52,793 nt of DNA from an uncultured bacterium (GTDB lineage Bacteria > Acidobacteriota > Aminicenantia > Aminicenantales > Aminicenantaceae), in contig CBFDBC010000002.1 in NCBI GenBank assembly GCA_965602945.1, forward strand, positions 1-52,793. The letters are read 5' to 3'. The notes beneath the pieces were generated by a model that was not told where the DNA came from, did no database searches, and saw nothing but the letters and a program-made list of their open reading frames with translations. The position numbers and the translations under genes were made by a program. Numbering within the stretch: position 1 is the stretch's first letter; each line of letters begins with the position of its first letter. This document shows positions 24,738 to 34,056 of this stretch, piece after piece.

Positions 24738-24982
24738 AAGACGCCCAGGCAACGACACAGGCCAAGAAAGCCAAGAAGCCGGTCGAGAAACAGCTGCGAA
24801 TAAGGCTGGTGCGCAGCGTGATCGGGAGGCCGCGGAAACATCGGGAGGTCGTGAAGGGTTTGGGCCTCCGGCGGATCGACTCCCGGGTGGTGCGCAGGGA
24901 CTGTCCTGAGATCCGCGGCATGATCAACAAGATACCTCATCTGCTGGAGGTGGAGGAGCTGGAATCAAATGGACCTGAGTAA
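24728..24982 (+). CDS. rpmD: 50S ribosomal protein L30 with an N-terminal Lys/Ala-rich extension
   Basis: 84 aa. The L30 core is [27 protein letters not shown]. No alternative in-frame start lies downstream of the extension. Confidence 0.9.
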   Translation: MAVKDAQATTQAKKAKKPVEKQLRIRLVRSVIGRPRKHREVVKGLGLRRIDSRVVRRDCPEIRGMINKIPHLLEVEELESNGPE

Positions 24983-25415
24983 TCTTCATCCTGCTAAGAA
25001 CAGCCGGAAGAACAAGCGGCGTGTGGGCCGGGGACCCGGCTCCGGCCACGGCAAGACCTCCGGCCGGGGTTCCAAAGGGCAGAAGTCCAGGTCCGGGTAC
25101 TCCCGGAAGATCGGCTTCGAGGGCGGACAGATGCCCCTAAACCGCCGCGTGCCCAAGCGGGGCTTTACCAATATTTTCCGCATCGAGTACAGCGAGGTCA
25201 ACCTGGACCGGCTGGAGAAGATCCAAAAGGACACGATCGAACTCAAAGATCTCGTGGCGTCCCGCGTGATCAAGAAAGAGAGTGAGAGGGTCAAGATCCT
25301 GGGGCGGGGGGACATCGCTTCCGCCAAGACCGTCCATGCTCACAAATTTACGCGTTCCGCCCAGAAGAAGATCGAGGATGCCGGGGGGAAAGCGGTTCTG
25401 ATCGGGAAAGATTGA
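24969..25415 (+). CDS. rplO: 50S ribosomal protein L15
   Basis: 148 aa. Contains [21 protein letters not shown]. Confidence 0.95.
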   Translation: MDLSNLHPAKNSRKNKRRVGRGPGSGHGKTSGRGSKGQKSRSGYSRKIGFEGGQMPLNRRVPKRGFTNIFRIEYSEVNLDRLEKIQKDTIELKDLVASRVIKKESERVKILGRGDIASAKTVHAHKFTRSAQKKIEDAGGKAVLIGKD

Positions 25416-26800
25416 TGCTAGACAGCATACGCAACATCTTCAGCATTCCGGAACTGAGACGACGGGTGCTCTTTACGCTGGCCCTGCTGGCCGTGTACCG
25501 CATCGGGGCTCAGATCCCGAACCCGGGGATCAGTGCTTCCGCCCTGGCCGAGCTGTGGCAGTCCCAGAAGGGGACGATCCTGGGCATGGTGGACCTGTTC
25601 ACCGGGAGATCGATGTCGCGCATGACGATCTTCGCACTGGGTATCATGCCCTACATCAGTGCCTCCATCATCCTGCAGCTGCTGCAGGTGGTGTGGCCCT
25701 ATCTGGAGCGTCTGTCCAAAGAAGGGGAGATGGGCCGGAAGAAGATCACCCAGTACACCCGGTACGGCACGCTGTTTATCTGCATGATCCAGTCGGGCGG
25801 GATCGCCTTCCTGCTCAAGAATCTCCGGAGCCCCGTTTCCAACTCCCCCATCGTTCCCAACGGAGGGCTCGGATTCATCCTGATGACCATGCTCACGCTG
25901 ACAACAGGTACGGTCTTCATCATGTGGCTGGGGGAGCAGATCTCAGAGCGGGGGATCGGGAACGGTATCTCGCTCATCATTTTTGCGGGGATCGTGGTGG
26001 ATTTCCCCCGGGCGGCCCTGAGCATGATCCAGGGCCTGCGCACGGGAGATCAGACACCCCTGCGGGTCATTTTTCTGCTCGCCCTGATGCTGGCGGTGAT
26101 CGCAATCATCGTGTTCGTGGAAAGGGGGCAGCGGAGGCTGCCCGTTTCCTATGCCAAGCGCGTGGTGGGCCGTAAGATCTACGGCGGGCAGAGCACGCAC
26201 CTGCCGCTGCGCGTCAACACCGGAGGCGTTATCCCCATCATTTTCGCGGCATCGGTCATCACCATCCCCATGACGATCGCTCAGATGGTGAATGTTCCGT
26301 TCCTCCAGAACATCGCCCAGCAGTTCTCGCCGGGGATGCCTATGTACTTTCTGTTCTACGTGGCCTCCATCATCTTTTTTACCTATTTCTACGTGTCCAT
26401 CATCTTCAACCCGGTTGACGTGGCCGACAATCTCCGCAAGTACGGCGGCTTTATCCCCGGCATCCGTCCGGGAAAGAACACGGCGGATTACATCGATTCC
26501 GTCCTGTCCCGACTCACCCTGGTAGGGGCCCTGTATCTGGCGGCCGTGGCCGCCGTTCCCGAAATCCTTATCTCGGGACTCAGGGTGGACACGCTCCCTC
26601 TGATCGGGCCCTTCCTGGATCAGAACCTTCCCGAGTGGTTCACTCAGGGGATGGGGCTTCAGTTCTACTTCGGAGGCACCTCCATCCTGATCGTTGTGGG
26701 TGTCGCCATGGATACGCTGCAGCAGATCGAGGCCCAGCTGGTGATGCGTCATTACGACGGATTCATGCGGCGGAGCCGTTTGAAAGGAAGGAGAGGATGA
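25415..26800 (+). CDS. secY: Preprotein translocase subunit SecY (ORF opens at TTG 25412)
   Basis: About 461 aa, polytopic membrane protein. Contains IPELRRRVLFTLALLAVYRIG and GIMPYISASII. Confidence 0.95.
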   Translation: MLDSIRNIFSIPELRRRVLFTLALLAVYRIGAQIPNPGISASALAELWQSQKGTILGMVDLFTGRSMSRMTIFALGIMPYISASIILQLLQVVWPYLERLSKEGEMGRKKITQYTRYGTLFICMIQSGGIAFLLKNLRSPVSNSPIVPNGGLGFILMTMLTLTTGTVFIMWLGEQISERGIGNGISLIIFAGIVVDFPRAALSMIQGLRTGDQTPLRVIFLLALMLAVIAIIVFVERGQRRLPVSYAKRVVGRKIYGGQSTHLPLRVNTGGVIPIIFAASVITIPMTIAQMVNVPFLQNIAQQFSPGMPMYFLFYVASIIFFTYFYVSIIFNPVDVADNLRKYGGFIPGIRPGKNTADYIDSVLSRLTLVGALYLAAVAAVPEILISGLRVDTLPLIGPFLDQNLPEWFTQGMGLQFYFGGTSILIVVGVAMDTLQQIEAQLVMRHYDGFMRRSRLKGRRG

Positions 26801-27474
26801 GGATCGTTCTTCTCGGCCCCCCCGGCTGCGGCAAGGGCACACAGGGAGACCTGATCGAGGGGAAATTCGGCTTTCCTCGGATCTCCTCCGGTGACCTGCT
26901 CCGGGACTCGGTCCAAAGGGGAACTCCTCTGGGCCGCAAGGCCGAGGCCTTCATGAACCGAGGCGAGCTGGTGGACGACAACGTGGTGGTGGATATGATC
27001 CGGGAGCGGATCGGAGAAGGAGACTGTCGCAGCGGCTTTATCCTGGACGGCTTCCCCCGTACGATCCCGCAGGCGGAACGGCTGCCCGATATCGACCCCG
27101 GGCGGGATGAGATCGTCCTGGATATCCGGGTCGAAGATCAAGCGCTCATCGAAAGGCTCTCCGCACGCCGGATCTGTTCCGCGTGCGGCTCCATACACAC
27201 CCTGGGGGAGCCCGGGACGGAGCCCGGCGCCTGCCCGGCCTGCGGCGGCAGCCTCATCCAGAGGGACGATGACAAACCGGAGGTCATCCAGCGGAGGCTG
27301 CAGGTCTACCACACGCAGACCGCGCCGCTGGAGGAGTATTATCGCAGCAGGGATGTGTATACCGAGATCGAGGGTGCCGGATCGGTCCATGAGGTGTTCG
27401 TTCGGATCGAGGCGGTTCTCAAGAGTACCATATCGGGATTAAAGATCAAGGAAGAGGCAAAGGCGGATCGATGA
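26797..27474 (+). CDS. adk: Adenylate kinase (Cys4 zinc-lid type)
   Basis: MRIVLLGPPGCGKGTQ starts at ATG 26797, overlapping the secY TGA. The lid reads CSACG...CPACG. The track ORF 26635 is read-through. Confidence 0.95.
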   Translation: MRIVLLGPPGCGKGTQGDLIEGKFGFPRISSGDLLRDSVQRGTPLGRKAEAFMNRGELVDDNVVVDMIRERIGEGDCRSGFILDGFPRTIPQAERLPDIDPGRDEIVLDIRVEDQALIERLSARRICSACGSIHTLGEPGTEPGACPACGGSLIQRDDDKPEVIQRRLQVYHTQTAPLEEYYRSRDVYTEIEGAGSVHEVFVRIEAVLKSTISGLKIKEEAKADR

Positions 27475-28265
27475 TCATCTACAAGAGCGAATCCGAGATC
27501 CAGGCCATCCGAAAAGCCAATCAGATCGTGGCCAAGATCCTGTCTGAATTGGCCGAGATGGTCCGGCCGGATATCACTACGCTCGAGCTGGACAGGTATG
27601 CCGAGAAAAGGACCCGCGAGTTGGACGCCATCCCCGCGTTCAAAGGCTACCGTGGATATCCGGCCTCGCTCTGCACGTCCTTGAACGAGGAGATCGTCCA
27701 CGGCATCCCGTCCAACCGGAGGCTAAAAGAAGGCGACATCCTCAGCATCGATTTCGGGGCCATCTTCGACGGCTTTTACGGGGATGCCGCCGTCACGTTC
27801 CCTGTGGGAAAGATAACGGCGGCCGCCGAGAAGCTCATCACCGCAGCAGAGGAGAGTTTTTTCAAGGGGATCGAACAGGCTGTGCCCGGGAAGCGCATCG
27901 GTGACATCTCGGCCGCTGTTCAGGCCCATGTCGAATCCCGGGGGTTTTCCGTGATCCGGAACTTCGTGGGACACGGGATCGGTTTTTCTCTGCACGAAGA
28001 GCCCCAGGTGCCCAATTTCGGGCTGGCCGGGCACGGACCCAAGATCAAACCGGGAATGGTGTTGGCCATCGAGCCCATGATCGCGGCCGGCGATTGGGAC
28101 GTAGAGATCCTGGCGGATAACTGGACGGCGGTGACCCGTGACCGCAGCCTGTCCGCCCACCACGAGCACACCATAGCCGTCACACAGGACGGGCCTCAGA
28201 TCCTGAGTTCCTTGAACGATACTAAGGGAGGCCGAAGCGGCCTGAAGGAGCCTTTGCATGCCTAA
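27471..28265 (+). CDS. map: Type I methionine aminopeptidase
   Basis: 264 aa. Metal-ligand context ([24 protein letters not shown]). Confidence 0.93.
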   Translation: MIIYKSESEIQAIRKANQIVAKILSELAEMVRPDITTLELDRYAEKRTRELDAIPAFKGYRGYPASLCTSLNEEIVHGIPSNRRLKEGDILSIDFGAIFDGFYGDAAVTFPVGKITAAAEKLITAAEESFFKGIEQAVPGKRIGDISAAVQAHVESRGFSVIRNFVGHGIGFSLHEEPQVPNFGLAGHGPKIKPGMVLAIEPMIAAGDWDVEILADNWTAVTRDRSLSAHHEHTIAVTQDGPQILSSLNDTKGGRSGLKEPLHA

Positions 28266-28476
28266 GCCGGACGTGTTTGAAGCAGAGGGAACGGTAATCG
28301 AAACCCTCCCCAATGCGATGTTTCGAGTCGAACTGGCTAACAAGCACAGAATCCTGGCCCATATCTCCGGGCGGATGCGTAAGCACTTCATCCGCATCCT
28401 ACCGGGGGATCGGGTCCAGGTGGAACTATCGCCCTACGATCTGACCAAAGGGCGGATAACCTATCGATTTAAATAG
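28258..28476 (+). CDS. infA: Translation initiation factor IF-1
   Basis: 72 aa. Contains [17 protein letters not shown]. Confidence 0.95.
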   Translation: MPKPDVFEAEGTVIETLPNAMFRVELANKHRILAHISGRMRKHFIRILPGDRVQVELSPYDLTKGRITYRFK

Positions 28477-28487
28477 GGAGCCGAATC

Positions 28488-28601
28488 ATGAAGGTGCGAG
28501 CATCTATAAAAAGAATGTGTCGGAACTGCCGTATCATAAAACGCAACGGGACGCTGCGCGTCATCTGTTCCAATCCTAAGCACAAACAAAAACAAGGCTA
28601 G
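28488..28601 (+). CDS. rpmJ: 50S ribosomal protein L36
   Basis: Hand translation: [37 protein letters not shown] (37 aa, TAG at 28599-28601). It is not in the ORF track. Confidence 0.92.
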   Translation: MKVRASIKRMCRNCRIIKRNGTLRVICSNPKHKQKQG

Positions 28602-28617
28602 ACGAAGAGGTTAAATC

Positions 28618-28980
28618 ATGGCAAGAATAGCTGGAATCACGCTTCCCTCGGAAAAGAGGATCGAGGTCGGACTGACCTATATCTTCGGGATCGGCCGGGC
28701 GCGGGCCTTGAAGATCCTGGAAGAAGCCAAGATCGACAAGGACAAAAAGGTCAACTCCCTGAGTGAAGACGAAGTCAATACCATCCGGAAGATCATCGAA
28801 GATCGAGAGAATATCGAAGGCGATCTGCGCAAGGACATCAGCACGAACATCAAGCGGCTGATGGATATCAATGCCTACCGCGGCATGCGTCACAAACGGC
28901 GTTTGCCTGTGCGCGGCCAGCGCAGTAAAACCAATGCCCGCACGCGCAAAGGTCCGCGGGGCAATCAGATGAAAAAGTAG
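28618..28980 (+). CDS. rpsM: 30S ribosomal protein S13
   Basis: 120 aa starting [10 protein letters not shown]. Confidence 0.95.
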   Translation: MARIAGITLPSEKRIEVGLTYIFGIGRARALKILEEAKIDKDKKVNSLSEDEVNTIRKIIEDRENIEGDLRKDISTNIKRLMDINAYRGMRHKRRLPVRGQRSKTNARTRKGPRGNQMKK

Positions 28981-28995
28981 AGGGGAGAGAGACCG

Positions 28996-29391
28996 ATGGC
29001 CAAGCCGAAAAGAAAAACCACCAAGAAGAAAAAGGTAAAAAAGGATATCGGGTACGGGGTGGCGAACGTCATGTCCACCTTCAACAACACGATCATTTCC
29101 ATCAGTGACCGGGAAGGGAACGTGGTCTGCTGGTCCAGTTCGGGAACGGCCGGTTTCAAAGGCGCCCGCAAGGGCACTCCCTTTGCAGCCCAGCTCGCCG
29201 CCCGGGAGGTCGCCAGCAAGGCCAAAGAGTTCGGCGTGCGTTATATGGACGTGAGGGTCAAGGGACCGGGGGCGGGGCGGGAATCCGCCATCCGGGCCCT
29301 CCAATCTGATGGGCTGGAGATCAAATCCATTCGTGACATCACCCCCATTCCCCATAACGGCTGCCGGGTCCGGAAGCGGCGGCGAGTCTAG
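28996..29391 (+). CDS. rpsK: 30S ribosomal protein S11
   Basis: 131 aa. Contains [21 protein letters not shown]. Confidence 0.95.
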   Translation: MAKPKRKTTKKKKVKKDIGYGVANVMSTFNNTIISISDREGNVVCWSSSGTAGFKGARKGTPFAAQLAAREVASKAKEFGVRYMDVRVKGPGAGRESAIRALQSDGLEIKSIRDITPIPHNGCRVRKRRRV

Positions 29392-29424
29392 GCCGGGAGC
29401 TGGAGAGGCAAGGAGAGGATTATC

Positions 29425-30051
29425 ATGGCAAGACACAGAGAACATACCTGCCGGTACTGTCGAGTCGAACGTACAAAGCTTTTTCTCAAAGGCCACAAGT
29501 GCCTGACGGATAAATGCCCGGTGGAACGCCGGCCCTATCCCCCAGGAGAGCACGGCCGTGCGCGCAGGAGGATCCTGGGATACGGGATTCAGCTGCGCGA
29601 GAAGCAGAAACTCAAACGCTATTACAGCATGACCGAGTCGCAGTTCCGGCTCTTTTTCAAGCGGGCGGAGAGCCGGAAGGGAATCACCGGAGAGACCCTG
29701 CTGTCCATGCTTGAGAGACGCCTGGACAACGTGATGTTCCTGGTGGGCTTTTCCCACTCACGGATGCATGCCCGCCAGCTGATCACGCACGGCCACATTC
29801 GCGTCAACGGCCGGAAGGTGGACGTTCCGTCCATGCTGGTCGGCAAGGAAGACATCGTAGCGTTCCGCGGCAAGGCCGCCAAGCATGAAGAACTGAGCGC
29901 TCTGGTGGAGGCCAACAAAAACAAAGAAGTCCCGCCCTGGTTGGAAGTCGACACCGACAACAAACAGGTCCGGGTGGTGTCATTTCCGACACGAGAGGAC
30001 ATACCGATTCCGGTGCAGGAGCACCTGGTTGTCGAGCTCTATTCGAAGTAG
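29425..30051 (+). CDS. rpsD: 30S ribosomal protein S4
   Basis: 208 aa. Contains CRYCRVERTKLFLKGHKC and an S4 RNA-binding domain. Confidence 0.95.
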   Translation: MARHREHTCRYCRVERTKLFLKGHKCLTDKCPVERRPYPPGEHGRARRRILGYGIQLREKQKLKRYYSMTESQFRLFFKRAESRKGITGETLLSMLERRLDNVMFLVGFSHSRMHARQLITHGHIRVNGRKVDVPSMLVGKEDIVAFRGKAAKHEELSALVEANKNKEVPPWLEVDTDNKQVRVVSFPTREDIPIPVQEHLVVELYSK

Positions 30052-30099
30052 CGCCCGGCATTTTGGAGACGACCCTTCGCGGTTTATTTAGGAGGAACA

Positions 30100-31131
30100 A
30101 TGACGGAAATAGGATTTCAGAGACCGAGATTCCTGGAATGTGATTATGATACCCTGACCGAGACCTACGGCAGTTTTACCGCCCAGCCGTTCGAAAGGGG
30201 CTATGGAGTCACAGTGGGCAATTCCATGAGGAGAATCCTCCTCTCATCCATTCCAGGCGCTGCCATCACCAACGTTCGCATCCAGGGTGTACTGCATGAA
30301 TTCTCCACCGTCCCCGGTGTGGTCGAGGATGTGACCGATATATTCCTGAACCTCAAGAGCCTGAAGCTGAAGCTGAACGCCAGCGGCCCCAAGACCATGA
30401 CGCTCAAGATCCAGGGGCCGGCCAACGCCACGGCCGCCGACATCGAGCATGACTCGGATATAGAGATCCTCAATCCGGACACTCATATCGCTGCTCTGGA
30501 TGAGGACGGCACGCTGGATATGGAGATGGTAGTGGACGATAACCGGGGTTACATACCGGCAGACCTGAACTTCGACGAGGACCTGAGCGTGGATTTCATT
30601 CCCCTGGATTCCTCCCATTCTCCCGTCCTCAAGGTCAACTACAGCGTGAACCCGGCCCGCGTGGGGAAACGTATCGACTATGAGAAATTGTCCCTGGAGA
30701 TCTGGACCAGCGGCGCCCTCACTCCTCAGGAAGCCATCGGCAAGGCAGCCAAGATCCTGAGGGATCACCTGGTGATCTTCCTCAATATCGTAGACGAGCC
30801 CCTGGAAAGGGAATCCGATCTGGGTCCCAAGGAGGATCCTCATTTTTCCAAGATCGACATCCTCTCCAAGACCATCGATCACCTGGAACTCTCAGTCCGT
30901 TCGAACAACTGCCTGCGTTCGGCCGGGATCGAGTTCATCTATGAGCTGGTACAGAAGACCGAGGACGAGCTTTTGAAAACCAAGAACTTCGGCCGCAAGT
31001 CACTCACCGAGATCAAGGACACACTCAAGGATCTGGAGCTGAGCCTTAACCTGGACCTGAATCCCAAGCTGGTCGAGAAGATCGAGTCAGAGAAGAAGGA
31101 AGAGAGTACGGAGGAAGGAGTATTCGAATGA
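30100..31131 (+). CDS. rpoA: DNA-directed RNA polymerase subunit alpha
   Basis: 343 aa. The N-terminal domain has [17 protein letters not shown]. The C-terminal domain has [16 protein letters not shown]. Confidence 0.95.
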   Translation: MTEIGFQRPRFLECDYDTLTETYGSFTAQPFERGYGVTVGNSMRRILLSSIPGAAITNVRIQGVLHEFSTVPGVVEDVTDIFLNLKSLKLKLNASGPKTMTLKIQGPANATAADIEHDSDIEILNPDTHIAALDEDGTLDMEMVVDDNRGYIPADLNFDEDLSVDFIPLDSSHSPVLKVNYSVNPARVGKRIDYEKLSLEIWTSGALTPQEAIGKAAKILRDHLVIFLNIVDEPLERESDLGPKEDPHFSKIDILSKTIDHLELSVRSNNCLRSAGIEFIYELVQKTEDELLKTKNFGRKSLTEIKDTLKDLELSLNLDLNPKLVEKIESEKKEESTEEGVFE

Positions 31132-31553
31132 GGCACCGAGTCAAGAGTCAGAGACTGGGCCGGAACTCGGCCCAGCGAAAGGCGCTGCTGCGGAATCTGG
31201 TCACATCGTTCCTGGAGAAGGAACGGATCAGCACCACTCATTCCAAAGCCAAGGCGGTACGTCCCGTCGCCGAGAAGATGATCACTCTGGCCAAGACCAA
31301 CACCCTGCATACACGGCGCCGGGCCTTGAGTTACATCTATAAGAAGGACGTGGTCAAGAAACTGTTCGAAGACATCGGACCCCGGTTTACGGAAAGACCC
31401 GGAGGCTACACGCGTATAGTGAAGCTCGGTCCCCGAGCCGGTGATGGGGCTGAAATGGCCGTGATAGAGCTGGTCGGAACAGAGTTCAAGAAGAAAGAGA
31501 AGAAGAAAGAGAAGGTGGCCGAAAAGGCCAAGGCGGCCGCAAAGAAGAAGTAG
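31128..31553 (+). CDS. rplQ: 50S ribosomal protein L17
   Basis: 141 aa. Starts [24 protein letters not shown] and carries a Lys-rich C-terminal tail. Confidence 0.95.
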   Translation: MRHRVKSQRLGRNSAQRKALLRNLVTSFLEKERISTTHSKAKAVRPVAEKMITLAKTNTLHTRRRALSYIYKKDVVKKLFEDIGPRFTERPGGYTRIVKLGPRAGDGAEMAVIELVGTEFKKKEKKKEKVAEKAKAAAKKK

Positions 31554-31620
31554 CCCCCGCCCTTCCCTCCGAACCTCCCCCTCAACTACCCCAAACTCCT
31601 GATCGCCGGTGTGTGGTCTG

Positions 31621-31642
31621 AGCCGGCCGGGGAGCGCCGGCT
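31621..31642 (+). terminator. Weak candidate terminator hairpin after rplQ
   Basis: AGCCGGC - 8-nt loop - GCCGGCT gives a 7-bp GC stem, but no U-tract follows. Confidence 0.25.
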
Positions 31643-31655
31643 TCTGAGGTGAGTG

Positions 31656-31684
31656 TTGACTTAGCTCCGGTTTGATGTTACAAA
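31656..31684 (+). promoter_or_regulatory. Candidate promoter for the Dx-domain gene
   Basis: TTGACT (31656-31661), a 17-nt spacer, then TACAAA (31679-31684), about 45 nt upstream of ATG 31729. Confidence 0.35.
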
Positions 31685-31728
31685 TCACACGATGTCCCCG
31701 TTGAGGGACCATCTGTAGGAGGGATTTT

Positions 31729-32142
31729 ATGGCAGTAACCAAAAGCGCCGCTGCGGCAAGGAAACCCGCAGCCGCGAAAACTCCCAGGGCGGCCTCTGCG
31801 GCCCGAACCACGGCGGTAAAGAAGGCCGCTCCCGCGCGGAAGGCCGCGGCCGCCAAAGCCCCGGTTGCGGGAAAAAAGCCGGCAGCGCCCCGAACAACAC
31901 CCCGGAAACCGGCGGCTGCCGCGAAGCCGGTGCCCGTGAAAAAGCCGGCCGCGACCACAACTCAGACCAGGAAGGTCCCACGTATCAAAGCGGGACAGAA
32001 CTGGGCCTGCGGCGTCTGTGGTATGGCCGTCACCGTGGACAGCTGCGGCCTTGTCGAGGAACATGTTTTCCTCTGCTGCGGCCAGGAAATGAGCCGGAAG
32101 AAAAAGAAGAAGGGCAAGAAAAAGAAAGGCAAGAAGAAATAA
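31729..32142 (+). CDS. Highly basic protein: histone-H1-like Ala/Lys/Pro repeats, a desulforedoxin-type CxxC...CC domain, and a poly-Lys tail
   Basis: 137 aa with AGGAGGG 6 nt upstream of the ATG. The segment WACGVCGMAVTVDSCGLVEEHVFLCCGQEM aligns with the desulforedoxin pattern YKCELCGQVVKV...LVCCGEDM. The N-terminal ~80 aa are KKPAA/ARKAAA-type repeats. The C-terminus is SRKKKKKGKKKKGKKK. Confidence 0.7.
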   Translation: MAVTKSAAAARKPAAAKTPRAASAARTTAVKKAAPARKAAAAKAPVAGKKPAAPRTTPRKPAAAAKPVPVKKPAATTTQTRKVPRIKAGQNWACGVCGMAVTVDSCGLVEEHVFLCCGQEMSRKKKKKGKKKKGKKK

Positions 32143-32145
32143 CGT

Positions 32146-33936
32146 CTATCTGTTGCTGGTGACCCGGAGCTTCTGGCCCGGGTAGATCTTGGAACGTGTC
32201 GTCAACCCGTTCAGACTGAGCAGTACGTTCAGTTCCATCCCATACCTCAGGGCGATCTTGAACGGGGTATCGCCCGATCTCACCGTGTGGAAACTGGATC
32301 CCTCCGCGTTTGCGGCGTGGATGGTCAGCTTCTGGCCCACCTGCAGTGTATTGCTCTTCAGGTTGTTGCGGCGCTTGATCTCCTGGACCGAGGTTGTGAA
32401 GGACTGGGCGATGTGGTAGAGCGTGTCACCACGCTTCACGGTGTATACCAGGTTGTCTCCAGTTTTGGTGAGCTGACGTGTCTGGGTGGTCGAGTAGGAA
32501 CTGCCGTAGCGGGTAGGAACCCTGAGCCGCTGTCCGGGCCTTATGAGGTAGTTGCGGCCCAGACGGTTGGCTTGGGCGATGGAAGAGACCGAAGTGCGGT
32601 AGCGGGTGGCGAGACCTGAGACCGTTTCTCCCCGCCGGACATAATGCGTGACATATGTGGCCTCCGGCGGAACGTAGCGGGAGAGGGCGTCGACGGCCTC
32701 CAGCGCCTGCTCACCGGTCCCCACCGGAACCTTCAGCGCATATTCATTCTCCGGGGAGGATTTGTATCTCAATTCCGGGTTATAGTCGGCCAGGACTTCG
32801 CTGTCCAATTTCAGTCTCTCGGCCAGGGATACCAGCTTGAGCGGCTTGTTGATGCTGATGGTTTCGTACCGCAGGGGTGGATCAGGTTCGGGCAGGGTCA
32901 TGCCGTAGCGAGCCGGGTCCTTGACGATGAGCACTGCGGCTATGAACCGGGGGACGAAACGGCGTGTTTCCCGGGGCAGCATCTGGTACAGGTCCCAGAA
33001 GTTGTCCATGTAGGCGATCCGCTGCTGGTTAATGAGCCTCCGAACACGGAACTCTCCGCAGTTGTAGGCCGCAAGCGCCGTGGTCCAGTCCCCGAACCAG
33101 GAATGAAGTTCTTTCAGGTAAAGGGTGGCCGCCCGCGAAGCCTTTTCAGGGTCCATCCGTTCGTCGATGTAGCGGTCCCGCTTCAATCCATAGCGGTAAC
33201 CGGTGGAGGCGATGAACTGCCACAATCCCAATGCACTGGCACGGGAGAATGCCCGCGTCTTGAACCAGCTCTCGATCATAGGCATCCAGGCCAGCTCTTC
33301 CGGGAGGCCTTCCTTGCGCAGTTCCTCCAGGATCATCTCAACATAGCGGCCGGATCGCCTGTATCCCTCTTCGAACAGCTTGCGCTCCTGTTTGGTGAAA
33401 CTGTCGAGCTCCCGCTGTACATGCTCATTCACCTCCAGCGGGATGGTACCGTGGTTGCCTCCCACGGCCGTGACACGGGAGGCGTAGATCTCCTGGATGC
33501 GCTGTGCGATCAGCAGCCTCAGGTCGTTTTTTTCCTGATCTAGCGGCGACTCGGGGGAGATTTCCATATCCTCCAAGTCAAGGATCAGCCTGTAGGCTGC
33601 ATCCAGATACAGGATCGCGCTGTCCAGGTCCCCCTGATCCCAGGCAAGGAGTGCGGCCTGGTAGGAGCTCAGGCCGTTAGCCAGGAGTTCGGCCGGATCA
33701 TTCTCCTTGTCTGCGCTGTCTTCACCCTCGGTGCCGGAGGGCACTTCGCCCAGGAGAAAATCCTCTTGATCCAGGAACGGTTGAGGGGATTCCACCTGTT
33801 CCTCCTCAACTTGCGGAGCGACAGGAACCGGTGGCTGGGCCTCAGTGGCCGGTTTCTTGCCGGCGGAACAGCCCCAGAGGAACACCAGTAATACGAGCGG
33901 GAGCAGCGTGTGGAAAAAACGGGTTTTTAGAGGCAC
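32146..33936 (-). CDS. mltD: Membrane-bound lytic murein transglycosylase D-like lipoprotein (SLT domain plus three LysM)
   Basis: 596 aa. Lipobox LVFLWGC. SLT catalytic region MIESWFKTRAFSRASALGLWQF...AAYNCG. Three C-terminal LysM repeats (YVRRGETVSGLA, YTVKRGDTLYHIA, HTVRSGDTPFKIA). GTG start. Confidence 0.85.
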   Translation of the reverse strand: MPLKTRFFHTLLPLVLLVFLWGCSAGKKPATEAQPPVPVAPQVEEEQVESPQPFLDQEDFLLGEVPSGTEGEDSADKENDPAELLANGLSSYQAALLAWDQGDLDSAILYLDAAYRLILDLEDMEISPESPLDQEKNDLRLLIAQRIQEIYASRVTAVGGNHGTIPLEVNEHVQRELDSFTKQERKLFEEGYRRSGRYVEMILEELRKEGLPEELAWMPMIESWFKTRAFSRASALGLWQFIASTGYRYGLKRDRYIDERMDPEKASRAATLYLKELHSWFGDWTTALAAYNCGEFRVRRLINQQRIAYMDNFWDLYQMLPRETRRFVPRFIAAVLIVKDPARYGMTLPEPDPPLRYETISINKPLKLVSLAERLKLDSEVLADYNPELRYKSSPENEYALKVPVGTGEQALEAVDALSRYVPPEATYVTHYVRRGETVSGLATRYRTSVSSIAQANRLGRNYLIRPGQRLRVPTRYGSSYSTTQTRQLTKTGDNLVYTVKRGDTLYHIAQSFTTSVQEIKRRNNLKSNTLQVGQKLTIHAANAEGSSFHTVRSGDTPFKIALRYGMELNVLLSLNGLTTRSKIYPGQKLRVTSNR

Positions 33937-34056
33937 TTTTCTCCTGAAAAAGGGTATTTATAGCACGTCTACCCAGTATAGTCAATTTCCTCTGATATAC
34001 AGAACACCATTTAGTCGTAGAAGGTTGCCGGAAAAGGCGATGTTTTTAGACGCGGT

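Noticed and set aside
28576-29757. 393-aa minus-strand ORF antisense to rpsM-rpsK-rpsD
   Set aside because: It spans three universally conserved sense genes and their intergenic gaps, has no recognisable domain, and is a GC-skewed shadow frame.
30939-31958. 339-aa minus-strand ORF antisense to rplQ and to the Dx-domain gene, plus the 31678-32064 and 31727-31981 minus ORFs
   Set aside because: The Ala/Gly/Arg-rich sequence is the mirror image of the Ala/Lys/Pro repeats on the plus strand. The plus-strand frame carries the specific Cys motif and a Shine-Dalgarno sequence.
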